Shown one piece after another: positions 25,563 through 38,468 of a stretch of 64,000 bases of DNA. The notes under the pieces are model-generated. The model was not told the DNA's origin and ran no database searches. It saw only the letters and a program-made list of their open reading frames with translations. The position numbers and the translations under genes were made by a program. Each line of letters begins with the position of its first letter. Position 1 is the stretch's first letter. This DNA is from Owenia fusiformis. Lineage: Eukaryota. The stretch covers positions 39,742,001 through 39,806,000 of the forward strand of contig CAIIXF020000001.1 of assembly GCA_903813345.2 (NCBI GenBank), given 5' to 3'.

Positions 25563-26554
25563 CAAATAATCTAAGGTTTTAAAGAATTTTAGCATAACAT
25601 ATAATTATGGAGATTTAGCCCAAGTTTTTTTAAATTGTCATAGAAAATCATTCAAATTACATAACTGTGTAAATCAACGCTATTATTATTATAGGAGAAA
25701 ACATTTCACTGAATTCAAATATGCCGTTTAAAAGAATTATGTAATGTAAGTCATTAGAGGTTTAATATGAGGCCTAAAATTGTCTGCTAGTTGGCCAGAG
25801 ACCAATATCTCAGCAGAATTTGAGAACAGAATCGATTTTTTCGTTCTGCGTAGGCCAAATAATGATTTAAAATCACTTCCAACCCTTCTGCGAGTATAAG
25901 AATGGTCATAAGAGGCCCGTGGAGGGTCATGAATGAAAGAGAGCCCTTTGAAATTCTGTCAAAATTGCAGGTTATTTCTTCATTTTTGCTGAAATTACAT
26001 GATTTTGAGGGCCCATATCTCACTGAAATTGCTACAATGTAGCGATTTTTCATTTTTACAGACTAGATACACGTGTCAGGTCAACAGAAACAGTAAGCAT
26101 GTGTGATTTTTAAATTGCTACATTGTAGCAATATTTATTTCAAAAAACAACTGTGGGGGAAACTGCTATTTACTTAGATTTGGGCGAAAATGGCCAAATT
26201 TCAGTCAAAATCCTCGGGCCATAGGGCCTTTGTCGTAGATTAAGTCAATGAAGCAACTCTTAGTAGAAGGTGTGCCATATAGGGAATGAAAGCTGTTTGT
26301 CAGACGTATCATTTTCTTCAATAAATTCAGAGATAGTCAGGTTAGATTTGTGACGTCACAGTGGCAAAGTTAGACTAGCATATTTAGACGTATTCGGGGA
26401 AGGGCAAATTAACCCTTTCTAGCCTGAATGGATACATTCTTCACATATTCAGCCAGTTCCGACGTGTTTATGCATTTTTGAACTAAAAATTATATTATCT
26501 GCCAAAAAAACTTGCAGAGACAAAAATCAGTGTGATGTCATAATACATTAATAT

Positions 26555-27574
26555 CACACCCGGTGATCGTGAAAATGGGACGGAGGGGGGAGCAGGCAAT
26601 TTCCGCTAGAAAATTCAACAAATCTGGTAAAATTATTTTTTCAAGACAGAGTTTACGATTGAATTGCAAATTGAATAAGCGCACGGTATGATAAAATATG
26701 TTAGGTATTCTAGGATTATTTTTCAACCGATACTCTTTTAAGATATAAGATCTATTAAAAAAGGCGCAACGCAACCAACGTGCAAAAGTCAAAGTTTTTG
26801 CTATAAATCAAGCAACAATGGACTACACGACCTGTAATAAATACTTGTAAGTGATGTTATCATAACTAAATTAATGTCATTGCTGAATTTATAAAATAAG
26901 TTTCCATACGTAAAATAAAAAATAATTGAAAATAATTAAAATGGGACGGAGGGGGGGGGAGGGGACGGAGGGGGGGAGTAATAATTCTATAAAGTGAAAC
27001 AACTTCACACGAATTCTTTTATTTGAAAAATGAACTCATTAACTTAGTAAGAAACTGGATGATATACCCCTGGAGACTGAAAAATGGGGACATTTGGAGT
27101 AAAAGGACTTAAAGTCGCGAAACATCTCTAATCATGTCTTATATACATATTGCTCCCCCCTCCGTCCCCTCCCCCCCTCCGTCCCAAATTCATTATTTTC
27201 GATTATTTTTTATTTCATATATGGAAACTTATTTTATAAATTCAGCAATGACATTAATTTAGTTATGATAACATCACTTACAAGTATTTATTACAGGTCG
27301 TCCAGACCATTGTTGCTTGATTTATTGCAAAAACGTTGATTTGTGCCTGTTGATGTCCTTGCGCCTTTTTTAATAGATCTCATACCTTAGATGCGTATCG
27401 TTTCAGAAAAAAACCCAGAAAACCTAACATATTCTACCATACCGTGTGCCTATCCATTTAGCAATTCAATAGTTAACTTTTTCTTGAAAAAATAAATCTT
27501 CCAGATTTGTTTAATTTCCTAGCAGAAATTGCCTGCTCCCCCCCTCCGTCCCATATTCACGATCACCGGGTGTG
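26555..27574. mobile_element. Foldback element with ~430-bp arms, CAC..GTG termini and 5-bp TSD (Transib-like)
   Basis: Ends read AATAT|CACACCCGGTGATCGTGAA and TTCACGATCACCGGGTGTG|AATAT. Arms ~26555-26978 and ~27152-27574. Confidence 0.85.
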
Positions 27575-27589
27575 AATATGCAAATCTCT

Positions 27590-29880
27590 TAAAATCCCAC
27601 GAAAAACGAGATTTCAAAAGCTATATGGAAACTATACTATTGCAAGGTCTACAGAACAAAATAATGTAATCCAAAGCATTGCTAGCATAATTGGGGTTTT
27701 AACAGAAATTACTGTTTGCAGTTATCGTGGCATTTTAGTAAAATCATATCGTTATCGTAATGATGGTTATTTTTCTCCACGATTACAGAATACGGTTTTT
27801 AAGCTAACTATCAATTGTTAATGACGTCTTCTTGATAGTGTAACTTGAACTTTGGCTTGAGACATTGGCACGCCAACAATGCCTTTGAAATTCAGTAAGC
27901 AAGTCAAGTTGAAGCCTTTGAGTGCATTTTATTCAGAGCAATTTTGACAAACTAGGATGATTGTGTGTAGTAAGTATATAATAGACCATTAAGAATCTTT
28001 ATTATGACCGATTTACTCCTTTTTCATAGCATTTTATACCCCGTAATCATTATGAACTGTTAACCTAGCAGATAAAGGTATACTCCTTACAACACCAACT
28101 TTTTATATAATAATTGCTCGATTTTTATTTATTATACATATTTAGTGAACATATTTTAGTATAATAGAAAAAATAGTCTTAAAATTCAGTCGTAATTCCT
28201 AGTATACATTGTTACTCGGAATATGGCATATATTCATTGTTGTGCGGTATTTGTAATTCGGGTGAATATGCCATACTCACCTGCTGTATATAGCATATAC
28301 CGCAGGTGGAAACACGATACAGAAATCCTCGATTTGATTGGTCAAAAGCATTGATTCCAATCGAATGCGAAACTACGCTGTATTAACAATATTGTGAGCG
28401 CTTCATTGAGTACTAATATATGGATCCCGGATTGAGTAAGTAAGTTCATTACGTATAATTGCTCAGTGACACTAATGTTTCCCTTGATCGTGTATATGCG
28501 TGTAACACATACATAAAACAACATCGAACAATACAGGTACCACATGTTATTCAATTGCATAAGTTGATATGTTCAATGCACTGACCTGTTGATTCAGTAA
28601 TCATTATAATGATTTATCAACTTTTGCCCGTTTGTTCAATACAATTGTGTACTTCCGTATCGCGTTCTCATTGGTAAGTAAGTATGCCATATACCGCAGG
28701 TGAATCTGTCATACACCGCAAGTGAATATGCCATATTCGTTGCGGATTATGATATGTATTTGTATCGTGTTTACTGCGTAACATTATATGTGGAATTTAA
28801 TCCTAGACAATATGAAAAATATTCTAATTCTTTAGACACTCAATTTTCGAATATTTTTTTCATATTATTCACATTTCCCCATCTGTTTTCTTCCTCGTGC
28901 ATATAGTTCATAAGAGAGTGATCGGTAACAATGACCCAGCCAGGACATCATGCCACCGTAAATTTTGTTATAGAAAATTGTGTTCTAAATTGAAATTGTC
29001 GTATATTATACCTACACTTTCGATTCTTTGACTCTAGACAATGAAATAAAGTATAAATAGAAACCACACAATCCAGTCTTAACAGGTAATCACAACGATA
29101 ATTCCTCCAGCATGTATTTGATAGAAAAGCTTGACTTGCTACAGTATTTAGAATAATGTTACATGGTTCTAATAATAGTAACATGGATTTAATGTGATCC
29201 TTGTGTAGAATCGAACATCAAGTTCCACGGAAACGTGTAGAACGTCATATTCCCGGGAGTAGAGCATCAAATTCTACACATTATTCAGGAAGATCCGTAT
29301 AGTACAAATGATCATATCTTCATCTTATATAGATCGTATGGATCGCACATCCCAAAATAGCATGAATGTTCAGGTACAACTATGATACTATGAAGTAGAT
29401 GCTCGGACATTAATGAAAAATTAATTTGCAGTCTTTGAGACTGAAAGATGAACACGTAGTCCGAAAGGATACTTGCCATTGCCACACGCCGTGTTCCCAT
29501 TTAGTAAAGGAGGACAAAGTACCCATCTCATCTACACCAAAGAAGCCAATTCCGATTCTTAATGCTCATATCCCCCACCCCAAACTAAAATTTACTTCAC
29601 TGCTTCATCCCTTTCATTGAAATCCATTTGCTTCATTCTATTCGTTCTTAAATAAACCACCTTTCTTTCTTCAGTTTTGAATAAAAAGTTAAGGGAACGG
29701 ACGGGAAATTCAAATCTTTTCTATGGATCAAATACGCTCTAGATCTGTAGTGGTAAGTATTTTTATGATAGGGATAACATCGGGGGGTTTTATCCATAAT
29801 ATTTTCCGAATGTGTTCTCATATTATAAAAACAAATGTCAAAACATGTGTTATAGTAGGCAACAGTGGTAATTGCGTTGT
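27590..29880 (-). pseudogene. Toll-like pseudogene remnant 8 (N-terminal LRR block)
   Basis: Reads DLNFPSVPLTFYSKLK (~29715); GFFGVDEMGTLSSFTKWEHGVW (~29545); IIVVPEHSCYFGMCDPYDLYKMKI (~29385); LEPCNIILNTVASQAFLS (~29170); YLYLLG*QF (~28080); YDFTKMPR*LQTV (~27745). Confidence 0.55.
28205..28760. mobile_element. Non-autonomous repeat with internal TATGCCATA/CCGCAGGTG motifs and short palindromes
   Basis: GCATATACCGCAGGTG / GTGAATATGCCATA motifs repeat at 28219-28308 and 28683-28745. It interrupts remnant 8. Confidence 0.45.
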
Positions 29881-29885
29881 TGCTA

Positions 29886-30671
29886 CACTCCCTTCCAACG
29901 TTTGGCAACAGCGACTTCAATCGCATTGTCATAGCGTGTTATAACAATGGAGCATTCTTGTAACATTCTATGAATATTCATTAATTCACTGAATAACATG
30001 GGAATTGTTACGTTTTAGTTATAAAAGAGCAATAGACTTATCCATTCATATTTATAACTTTTATAAATTTAAATTTTGGCCCAAAGTATGTTTTTATCAT
30101 TCATTTACTATTTTTGACGACTTAAAAGTTATCAAATTGTTTTTGAAAAAGTTATCAGCTTTTTATTTTTTAAATATACCGGCCATTTTTCAAATAAAAG
30201 TCTTTTGTTCCAAATAAATGTTTTAGCATGTGATACAAGCATGTTGCAAGTAAAGTGACATCATCGTGACTCTTGGTTATTTATCAAACATTTCTCTTAA
30301 TTTTTTCAACAAAAACACGTGCTATATGCATTGGTGTGAATTATTGCTTATTAAAAGATAAGAAAGTGTGACCAACATTTTACCATTTTATGAAAAAATC
30401 CTTCAAAAATCACTTTTTGAAATTATGAAAAAAAAAGTTCACATATCACATTTTTATAACATTGGGTAAAACTGCAATATAAGCAAAGTGGTTTAAACTT
30501 TATATGGGCCTATAAGAATGCTTGCAGAAATGCACCCTTGTTTTTGTAGGTATTCTATTATTTCCTCGCTTACAGACTTGATGATAAAAATTGTCAAACA
30601 CATACAAGCCAACAATACATATGTACTGGGTCGATAGGAAACCTGATGTTGCCAAACTTTAGAGAGGAGTG
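29886..30671. mobile_element. Tc1/mariner-type MITE (same TIR family as 23212), TA TSD
   Basis: Ends read TA|CACTCCCTTCCAACGTTTGGCAACA and TGTTGCCAAACTTTAGAGAGGAGTG|TA. Confidence 0.8.
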
Positions 30672-30739
30672 TATATCTCCCTTTTTGGCTTAGAAAACAC
30701 CAACGTGTCTAAAAGTATCCTTACTACCTCAGTCGATGG

Positions 30740-31930
30740 TATGTGAGACATATCAACAGAACCTCCACAGACCAATGTTTGTTTCCCAGTCAGTGCCGTA
30801 ACAATAGCCCAGTGTTCTCAATGTGTATGGTATTATAATCTAATTGATGATTTAAGATTGTGGATATTGCAACAAATGCGTGATTCAGGAAATAGTTGGC
30901 TAGAGACAATATATCAGCCCCTTGATAGATCATTTTTGTGCACTAACCTTGTCCAAGACTCGCTAATTAAGTAGCACCCGTTTTTAATTGGACCTATAAT
31001 TAGAATAACATTTGCACACATATATTGAGCATTTTGCATCCCGAACCTATATAAATGATGAAAATGATGATGGAATTTTAGATGTTTCTGTTAGTCAATA
31101 GTTTGAATGTGTATTCGACGTAGAAATGTTCCAAACTTCAAGTTGGAACAATTACATACTGGTATTTGTATTTTGTGTAACTGTTCCGACAGGAATACTC
31201 AGAAATCTACCGAGGTTGAGACATAAGCGATGAAACTTTTCTTGCACCACAAGTTATAGAAGCCTGTTTGTGATAATCAAAGAAACATTGACAGGAACGA
31301 CATCTTTACATGTACTTCAAAGCGCAATCAAGTTACCTTCCTTTCCAACGACTTTTAAACAATGATATCCGGAATGATATCCAACTTTGACCTTTTATAA
31401 ACTGGCAAGTCCTCAAGAATGAGATCTATAGGGGGCCATGACACAATTGCAAGCATATATAATATTGACCTACTTATCTTTTCCTTCCAATCATCTCAGA
31501 TACAATATCTCCTATAAGATAAGCGTTCTGTTATAAATTCCAGGAATGGGCCGAATTTCCATGATCGAGGTTACTGTATTTTAACAGTCCAATCTGGCAG
31601 ATAGTCTTAACGTCATTATTTACCTACTGTTTTTGAAACAAGATCACCCCACCTGCATGGTATGAATGCAGAAACCTACTAGTATCTCGAAATGTGCCGC
31701 CAGTACCATATCTCACCCACTTACTTATAGGGGAATAACCGTATCATCTGCTTTACGTAGTTTATTGCTGAATCCTGGACGATAGTTTAACGTCCTTTTG
31801 TCCTAATCACTGATTGATTCACTACGAGCAGAACGGATTTATGACCTACAAGAGTTGCATCGACTACATTTATGCCCTATCTTCTATCATTGAAATCGGA
31901 TTAAAGATGGCCTTACTGCGTTTATTTGTT
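30740..31930 (+). pseudogene. LRR/Toll-like pseudogene remnant 9 (LRRNT + LRRs)
   Basis: Reads PSQCRNNSPVFSMC (~30785); KIVDIATNA; GILDVSVSQ*FECVFDVEMFQ; VTVPTGILRNLPRLRH (31177-31224); TLTGTTSLHVLQ/RNQVTFLSNDF; LIDSLRAERIYDLQELHRLHL (~31810-31872). Confidence 0.6.
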
Positions 31931-32130
31931 ACGTGCTGCCATCTTTCATTCAGCTTTTAATTTGGGCTAGAGTTCCGTTCACTTACATGCTAAAATCTTG
32001 GAAAAGTGGCTTAATTTCATGATTTATCAAAGTGTGTCAGTTGAATCTGTGTAAAACTTAATTGATATACCACATGATGACCCTGTTTATGTACATGTTG
32101 TGATTAAACATGCAAATGTTGATTGACATA

Positions 32131-32875
32131 CCAGGTCGTTCAATAAGTTCACGGAAAAATGCTCTCATTTCAAAGATTCTTGATATTTTCCCATAAAATT
32201 TTCACACAATGTGCTAAAGATACTTTAAGATTGATTCTTCAAATATCAGCATCTCTGATTTGATTGGTCAAAAATGTGGATTACTATGGTAACTTGACTT
32301 TTGGGTAGGCGGGGCACTTTTTACGTCACACAATTTACCATTACAGAAATCGATCAATATGTGCAAATGAAGGGTCCCTATTTTTATTTGTTCTTTTTTA
32401 AATTACAAATGTTCTGAGGGAAAATTGATGTCCATTGTTATCACGAAAATTTCTGAAATCGTGCTATTCAATGCTGTACCAGTGGACCAGAAAATCAACA
32501 AAGAGTAATGCTATGGTAAGTTGATTAAAACTTAACCATTCAGCCAAACTTTTTTCCATCAGGATAATGCAGCCGATCACACTGCTGATATTGTGCAGGA
32601 AACCATCACAAATGACTGGCAAAATAGATGGCAAAGCTGCCCCAAGTTACATACTCTCCAGATGAGGCAATCCTTGATTTTGCTTTTTCACTAGGATGAA
32701 GGATCAGCTAGGAGTTTAGTTGCACTTCATGGAACAATGAAACTACGTTCGACTGCAGTCAAGATTGCCATTCAAACAAGTTTTCCAAATGGCTTCAGAG
32801 CACCGTATCGTCAATGGGTTGAATGCAAGCGACTGTGCATCAAACATGAGGGAGAATACCTCTGAAACCTTAGGG
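32131..32875 (+). mobile_element. Degenerate mariner transposon (C-terminal transposase remnant)
   Basis: Reads HQDNAADHTADIVQE (~32557), YSPDEAILDF (~32652) and YRQWVECKRLCIKHEGEYL (~32805-32861), the mariner D,D34D C-terminal motifs. Left end TA|CCAGGTCGTTCAATAAGTT. Confidence 0.75.
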
Positions 32876-32940
32876 GACAATAGTTGCAACATTTACATTA
32901 AGTTATATCATGTACAAGTAGAAGGCGGAGATAAATTTAA

Positions 32941-33399
32941 TTCAAAATATTTTTGATATGCTAAAACATTGAAGTGGCCCATTAAATATGACATTTTATT
33001 ATTGAAATAGTGTGTCTTTTGTTCAATCTTTACATTGGTGTTAAAAAGATAATCTTTTTTGAAATGCATTAAGAAATATTTGATGATTAAGAAATTTCAA
33101 CTTTTTTTGAGAAATGGCGGGAAATTTGAATATTTGAGAAATGAAATGCTCAAAACCTTTTTTTCAAAAATTCTTTTTTTGTTCAAAAATCTCTAAAATC
33201 ACTTTTTAAGTCCTGACAAATAGTAAATGAATGATAAAAAAATATTTTCAAACTTTAGACGGGGACTTTAATGCATTTCAAAAAAGATTATCTTTTTAAC
33301 ACCAATGCAAAGATTGAACAAAGGACATACTATTTCAATAATAAAATGCCATATTTAATGGGCCACTTCAATGTTTTAGCATATCAAAAATATTTTGAA
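32941..33399. repeat. ~130-bp inverted repeat (32941-33072 / 33268-33399), duplicated at +2298
   Basis: TTCAAAATATTTTTGATATGCTAAAACATTGAAGTGGCCCATTAAATATG... occurs with its reverse complement. Confidence 0.85.
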
Positions 33400-34037
33400 A
33401 CATTAGTGATATCACTAAGGTAACAAAAACTTGAAATCTTTTTTTCGATGTCAATCTTTTCTAAATATGCCAGACTTTCATAAAAAAACAATGTTGATTG
33501 TCTAACCAGGTTAAAAGGAAGAATAAATTATGTTTAGATATCATTGTACCATATAATATTTTTAAAATGCATTTTTCTCAGAACCATTTTCATGCACTGA
33601 TAAGTTCATTTCTCGCTTGTTTATCAACCGATTTTCTTATTTTTTTCGGCAAAAACATGGAGGATGAATGCTATGCATTGGTATGAATTGTGGCTAATTA
33701 GAAGATATGAGTGACCTCTAAAAGTTGGTTTTAAATAAATTCACAAATTTTGGAACAAAAAGTCTATCAAAAACCACTTTTTGAAATTTAAAAAAAAAAG
33801 TTCACATATCACACTTTGATAACATTGGGTAAGACTACAATATAAGCCAAAGTGGTTTAAACTTTACATGGGGCCTTTAAGCTTTACAAAGGGCCATCTC
33901 AAAGGTTGAGACAACTAAAAATTCTGTTTATTGCTGGACATATTTTATGATTTATGACACTTATACTGAAATGTGAATAAATATACGGACAAACATAAGT
34001 TTTCAGTTGTACTTTTTCCAGTTTCTAATCCTTTTGA

Positions 34038-34552
34038 TTATTTAACAAAAATCAAACTAAAAAGCACAGGTATGACAACAGTCCAAATCGAAACGAAATG
34101 AAACACACCAGCAATGCTTGCAGAATTTATACATCTATCATATGCATTGTAGTCAACATTCCGTATAGCACAGATATGAATGTGTTTACATTGATTCTCA
34201 CAAGATTCGTCCTTGGAAAAACCGACGCCATTGAAATCAATATATTTGCGAAATGTTTCACTATCAGTCGTCTTGAATGATTCCACCAGTGTGTCCCATG
34301 ACACGGGTAATAGACTAGTCAGATTGTAATCCTTTCTCGCCTTGTACAGTATCTTCCACTCTGACCTCTCCAACGTGTTGGCTTCAGTTAGGTTGAGATA
34401 GTACTGCCAAATGTCGGTTGGTTCTGTATTGGTAGAGTCGTACTTGAAGAGTCTTATTCCAGGGTTGTTGGCGGCGGACCCTACCACACCAGGAAGTGTT
34501 GTTGCCCACGGGGTTACAGCAGGTGCCAAATATGCTGTACTCAAGGGTTTAC
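34038..34552 (-). CDS. Duplicate copy of SMPDL3 terminal exon (intact; possible alternative last exon or assembly artefact)
   Basis: Identical translation to 36336-36850, with its own AG acceptor, stop codon and AATAAA (33927-33932). Confidence 0.5.
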
Positions 34553-36335
34553 CTAAGATGTTAAATGACACAATAGAAAGAAAGAATAGAACGTTTTTGC
34601 TTACTTTGATGAACTGAAGAAATTGTATATGCGGGTTTAATTTTTAGCTTGTGAAATTTTGTACTTTAACTTTGCACATGTTGTGACATTCGTGGTATTC
34701 TCTATTTGGGTTGTCATGCAATATATTTTTCGCAATATTTGTTTATGCAAAATTTCAAGAGCAAACTCCCGTTGGATATTTTTCTACATGGTATTACAAG
34801 TAAAAAACGACTACTTCTGGGCTCCAGAAAAATATATTGATCTTATTATTAGGGTTGACATAAAACAAGACAAACAAGACATTATGAAGAAATGACACCG
34901 CATTCGGAACATCAACTTTGTGCAAATATCATGGATTACATAAGTTACATACTCTCCAGATGAGGCAATCCTTGATTTTGCTTTTTCACTAGGATGAAGG
35001 ATCAGCTAGGAGTTTAGTTGCACTTCATGGAACAATGAAACTACGTTCGACTGCAGTCAAGATTGCCATTCAAACAAGTTTTCCAAATGGCTTCAGAGCA
35101 CCGTATCGTCAATGGGTTGAATGCAAGCGACTGTGCATCAAACATGAGGGAGAATACCTCTGAAACCTTAGGGGACAATAGTTGCAACATTTACATTAAG
35201 TTATATCATGTACAAGTAGAAGGCGGAGATAAATTTAATTCAAAATATTTTTGATATGCTAAAACATTGAAGTGGCCCATTAAATATGACATTTTATTAT
35301 TGAAATAGTGTGTCTTTTGTTCAATCTTTACATTGGTGTTAAAAAGATAATCTTTTTTGAAATGCATTAAGAAATATTTGATGATTAAGAAATTTCAACT
35401 TTTTTTGAGAAATGGCGGGAAATTTGAATATTTGAGAAATGAAATGCTCAAAACCTTTTTTTCAAAAATTCTTTTTTTGTTCAAAAATCTCTAAAATCAC
35501 TTTTTAAGTCCTGACAAATAGTAAATGAATGATAAAAAAATATTTTCAAACTTTAGACGGGGACTTTAATGCATTTCAAAAAAGATTATCTTTTTAACAC
35601 CAATGCAAAGATTGAACAAAGGACATACTATTTCAATAATAAAATGCCATATTTAATGGGCCACTTCAATGTTTTAGCATATCAAAAATATTTTGAAACA
35701 TTAGTGATATCACTAAGGTAACAAAAACTTGAAATCTTTTTTTCGATGTCAATCTTTTCTAAATATGCCAGACTTTCATAAAAAAACAATGTTGATTGTC
35801 TAACCAGGTTAAAAGGAAGAATAAATTATGTTTAGATATCATTGTACCATATAATATTTTTAAAATGCATTTTTCTCAGAACCATTTTCATGCACTGATA
35901 AGTTCATTTCTCGCTTGTTTATCAACCGATTTTCTTATTTTTTTCGGCAAAAACATGGAGGATGAATGCTATGCATTGGTATGAATTGTGGCTAATTAGA
36001 AGATATGAGTGACCTCTAAAAGTTGGTTTTAAATAAATTCACAAATTTTGGAACAAAAAGTCTATCAAAAACCACTTTTTGAAATTTAAAAAAAAAAGTT
36101 CACATATCACACTTTGATAACATTGGGTAAGACTACAATATAAGCCAAAGTGGTTTAAACTTTACATGGGGCCTTTAAGCTTTACAAAGGGCCATCTCAA
36201 AGGTTGAGACAACTAAAAATTCTGTTTATTGCTGGACATATTTTATGATTTATGACACTTATACTGAAATGTGAATAAATATACGGACAAACATAAGTTT
36301 TCAGTTGTACTTTTTCCAGTTTCTAATCCTTTTGA

Positions 36336-36850
36336 TTATTTAACAAAAATCAAACTAAAAAGCACAGGTATGACAACAGTCCAAATCGAAACGAAATGAA
36401 ACACACCAGCAATGCTTGCAGAATTTATACATCTATCATATGCATTGTAGTCAACATTCCGTATAGCACAGATATGAATGTGTTTACATTGATTCTCACA
36501 AGATTCGTCCTTGGAAAAACCGACGCCATTGAAATCAATATATTTGCGAAATGTTTCACTATCAGTCGTCTTGAATGATTCCACCAGTGTGTCCCATGAC
36601 ACGGGTAATAGACTAGTCAGATTGTAATCCTTTCTCGCCTTGTACAGTATCTTCCACTCTGACCTCTCCAACGTGTTGGCTTCAGTTAGGTTGAGATAGT
36701 ACTGCCAAATGTCGGTTGGTTCTGTATTGGTAGAGTCGTACTTGAAGAGTCTTATTCCAGGGTTGTTGGCGGCGGACCCTACCACACCAGGAAGTGTTGT
36801 TGCCCACGGGGTTACAGCAGGTGCCAAATATGCTGTACTCAAGGGTTTAC
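36336..36850 (-). CDS. SMPDL3B: Acid sphingomyelinase-like phosphodiesterase 3, exon 6 (ASMase C-terminal domain, GPI-signal-like tail)
   Basis: Reads APAVTPW..NNPGIRLFKYD..DIWQYYLNLTEAN..WKILY..CKHIHICAI with a hydrophobic C-terminus. Acceptor CTTAG, phase 1. AATAAA at 36225-36230. A vs B paralog cannot be decided; the GPI-like tail favours B-like. Confidence 0.92.
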
Positions 36851-37379
36851 CTAAGATGTTAAATGACACAATAGAAAGAAAGAATAGAACGTTTTTGCTT
36901 ACTTTGATGAACTGAAGAAATTGTATATGCGGGTTTAATTTTTAGCTTGTGAAATTTTGTACTTTAACTTTGCACATGTTGTGACATTCGTGGTATTCTC
37001 TATTTGGGTTGTCATGCAATATATTTTTCGCAATATTTGTTTATGCAAAATTTCAAGAGCAAACTCCCGTTGGATATTTTTCTACATGGTATTACAAGTA
37101 AAAAACGACTACTTCTGGGCTCCAGAAAAATATATTGATCTTATTATTAGGGTTGACTTAAAAAAAGACAAACAAGACATTATGAAGAAATGACACCGCA
37201 TTCGGAACATCAACTTTGTGCAAATATCATGGATTACATAATTAACATCACTTAAAATGAATAAACAGGATCTGATGCTTCTGTATATTGCGAAATCGAA
37301 ATTGAGACAATGGAACATTGATCATGAACCATCACTGATCGCATTCGGCTCTCAACATGTTGAAGCTTGTTGTACATAC

Positions 37380-37557
37380 CTTTATTGTAAAATAATCTAA
37401 AGCTATCCGTGTGGTGATGAGCAAAATATTGCCCTAGGATGATGTCCGAGTATTTCACAATAATGTCATTCATGCGTCTGTTATACTCTGGTCTGAACCA
37501 ATACTTCTTCGCATGCTTTTCGAACAGTCCAACGGGAATATGGCCAACAATATGGAC
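37380..37557 (-). CDS. SMPDL3B: SMPDL3 exon 5
   Basis: Reads VHIVGHIPVG..GQYFAHHHTDSFR (metal-binding His motifs). AG/GT boundaries, phase 0 to 1. Confidence 0.92.
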
Positions 37558-37808
37558 CTATAAAACATGTAAAAAGAGGTGCAGTTAGTGTGCATAATAA
37601 GCTGCAAGCAACCCATTTAGATCTTGATCGGAGGAGCCCAACTATCTAGATGGGGCAATAAGATTAAATTGGAGACTCTTTTCTCCAATTTCAAATCCCG
37701 AAACACTTGTTCGAACCAACAATACTTCGATACATGAAATTCGCACTACGAACAAAGCGTAGGATATGTTTTTGTCTTTGCAAAAGCCTAATTTTTGTTT
37801 TCACATAC

Positions 37809-37975
37809 TTTTTCTCCCTGTTTCTTGGAATTTTCAAGAACATTCTCCATCCAAGCGAACTGTTCTGCTGGGTCGACTTTATTCTCAATGGCATTGTTGG
37901 AGGTGTAGTAGAGATTTGTATTGAGAACTATTACCCTATAACCATTCTTGTACATAGATTCTGTATAGTATCCAC
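37809..37975 (-). CDS. SMPDL3B: SMPDL3 exon 4
   Basis: Reads GGYYTE..RVIVLNTNLYY..DPAEQFAWMENVL..GEK. Phase 1 to 0. Confidence 0.92.
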
Positions 37976-38220
37976 CTAAAAATAACAAACCTTTAACATC
38001 AATTATATCAATAGGTACAGAATGTCAGTGGTGACAAATATCCCCGAGGAGTAAACATAGACTATAACAGACGTAATATTACACATTCGTGTTCTTTTGA
38101 TTCCTAAATAGACGTTCACAAACTTAATGCTTCAGTCAGGCTCGGCGATTGGGCGCCGTAACCATGAGGTTGCGAGTTCGAGACGCGTGTGCTCGTGTTT
38201 ATTTCATTTATCATAAATAC

Positions 38221-38468
38221 CCTTTCTAAATGTCTGTTCAGATTCAGGGTTCTTCATCCAGATTTTCCATTTTTCCAGAACAGCGTCGTAAATTGTATTG
38301 TTTGAGTCTGGGAGTTGGTTTTTAGGATGGTAGTCGTGATTGCCTAGAGCTGCATACACAATGGTATTTGGAAAAACGTCTTGAAGTAGTTGAGTTTCGT
38401 TTAGGATGATGTCTATCACAGTTTTAGTATTCAGAGTCGGTCCTGTATAGATATGTGGGGTGTCATCT
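38221..38468 (-). CDS. SMPDL3B: SMPDL3 exon 3
   Basis: Reads (G)DDTPH..VFPNTIVYAALGNHDYHPKNQLP. Phase 2 to 1. Confidence 0.93.

Larger units (their letters stand above)
32644..37241. repeat. Direct tandem duplication, 2298-bp unit (~32644-34941 and ~34942-37239)
   Basis: All ORFs recur at +2298. The only differences I noticed are 2 substitutions near 34860/37158. Junction GGATTACATAA|GTTACATA. Confidence 0.95.

Noticed and set aside
29312..29932. Initially read as a TIR domain
   Set aside because: Motif spacing was wrong; it fits a Toll N-terminal LRR region better, and the ORF start lies inside a MITE.
38128..38190. tRNA-like sequence with B-box GGTTGCGAGTTCGAGAC in SMPDL3 intron 3
   Set aside because: No convincing cloverleaf or acceptor stem; at most a decayed tRNA-derived SINE head.
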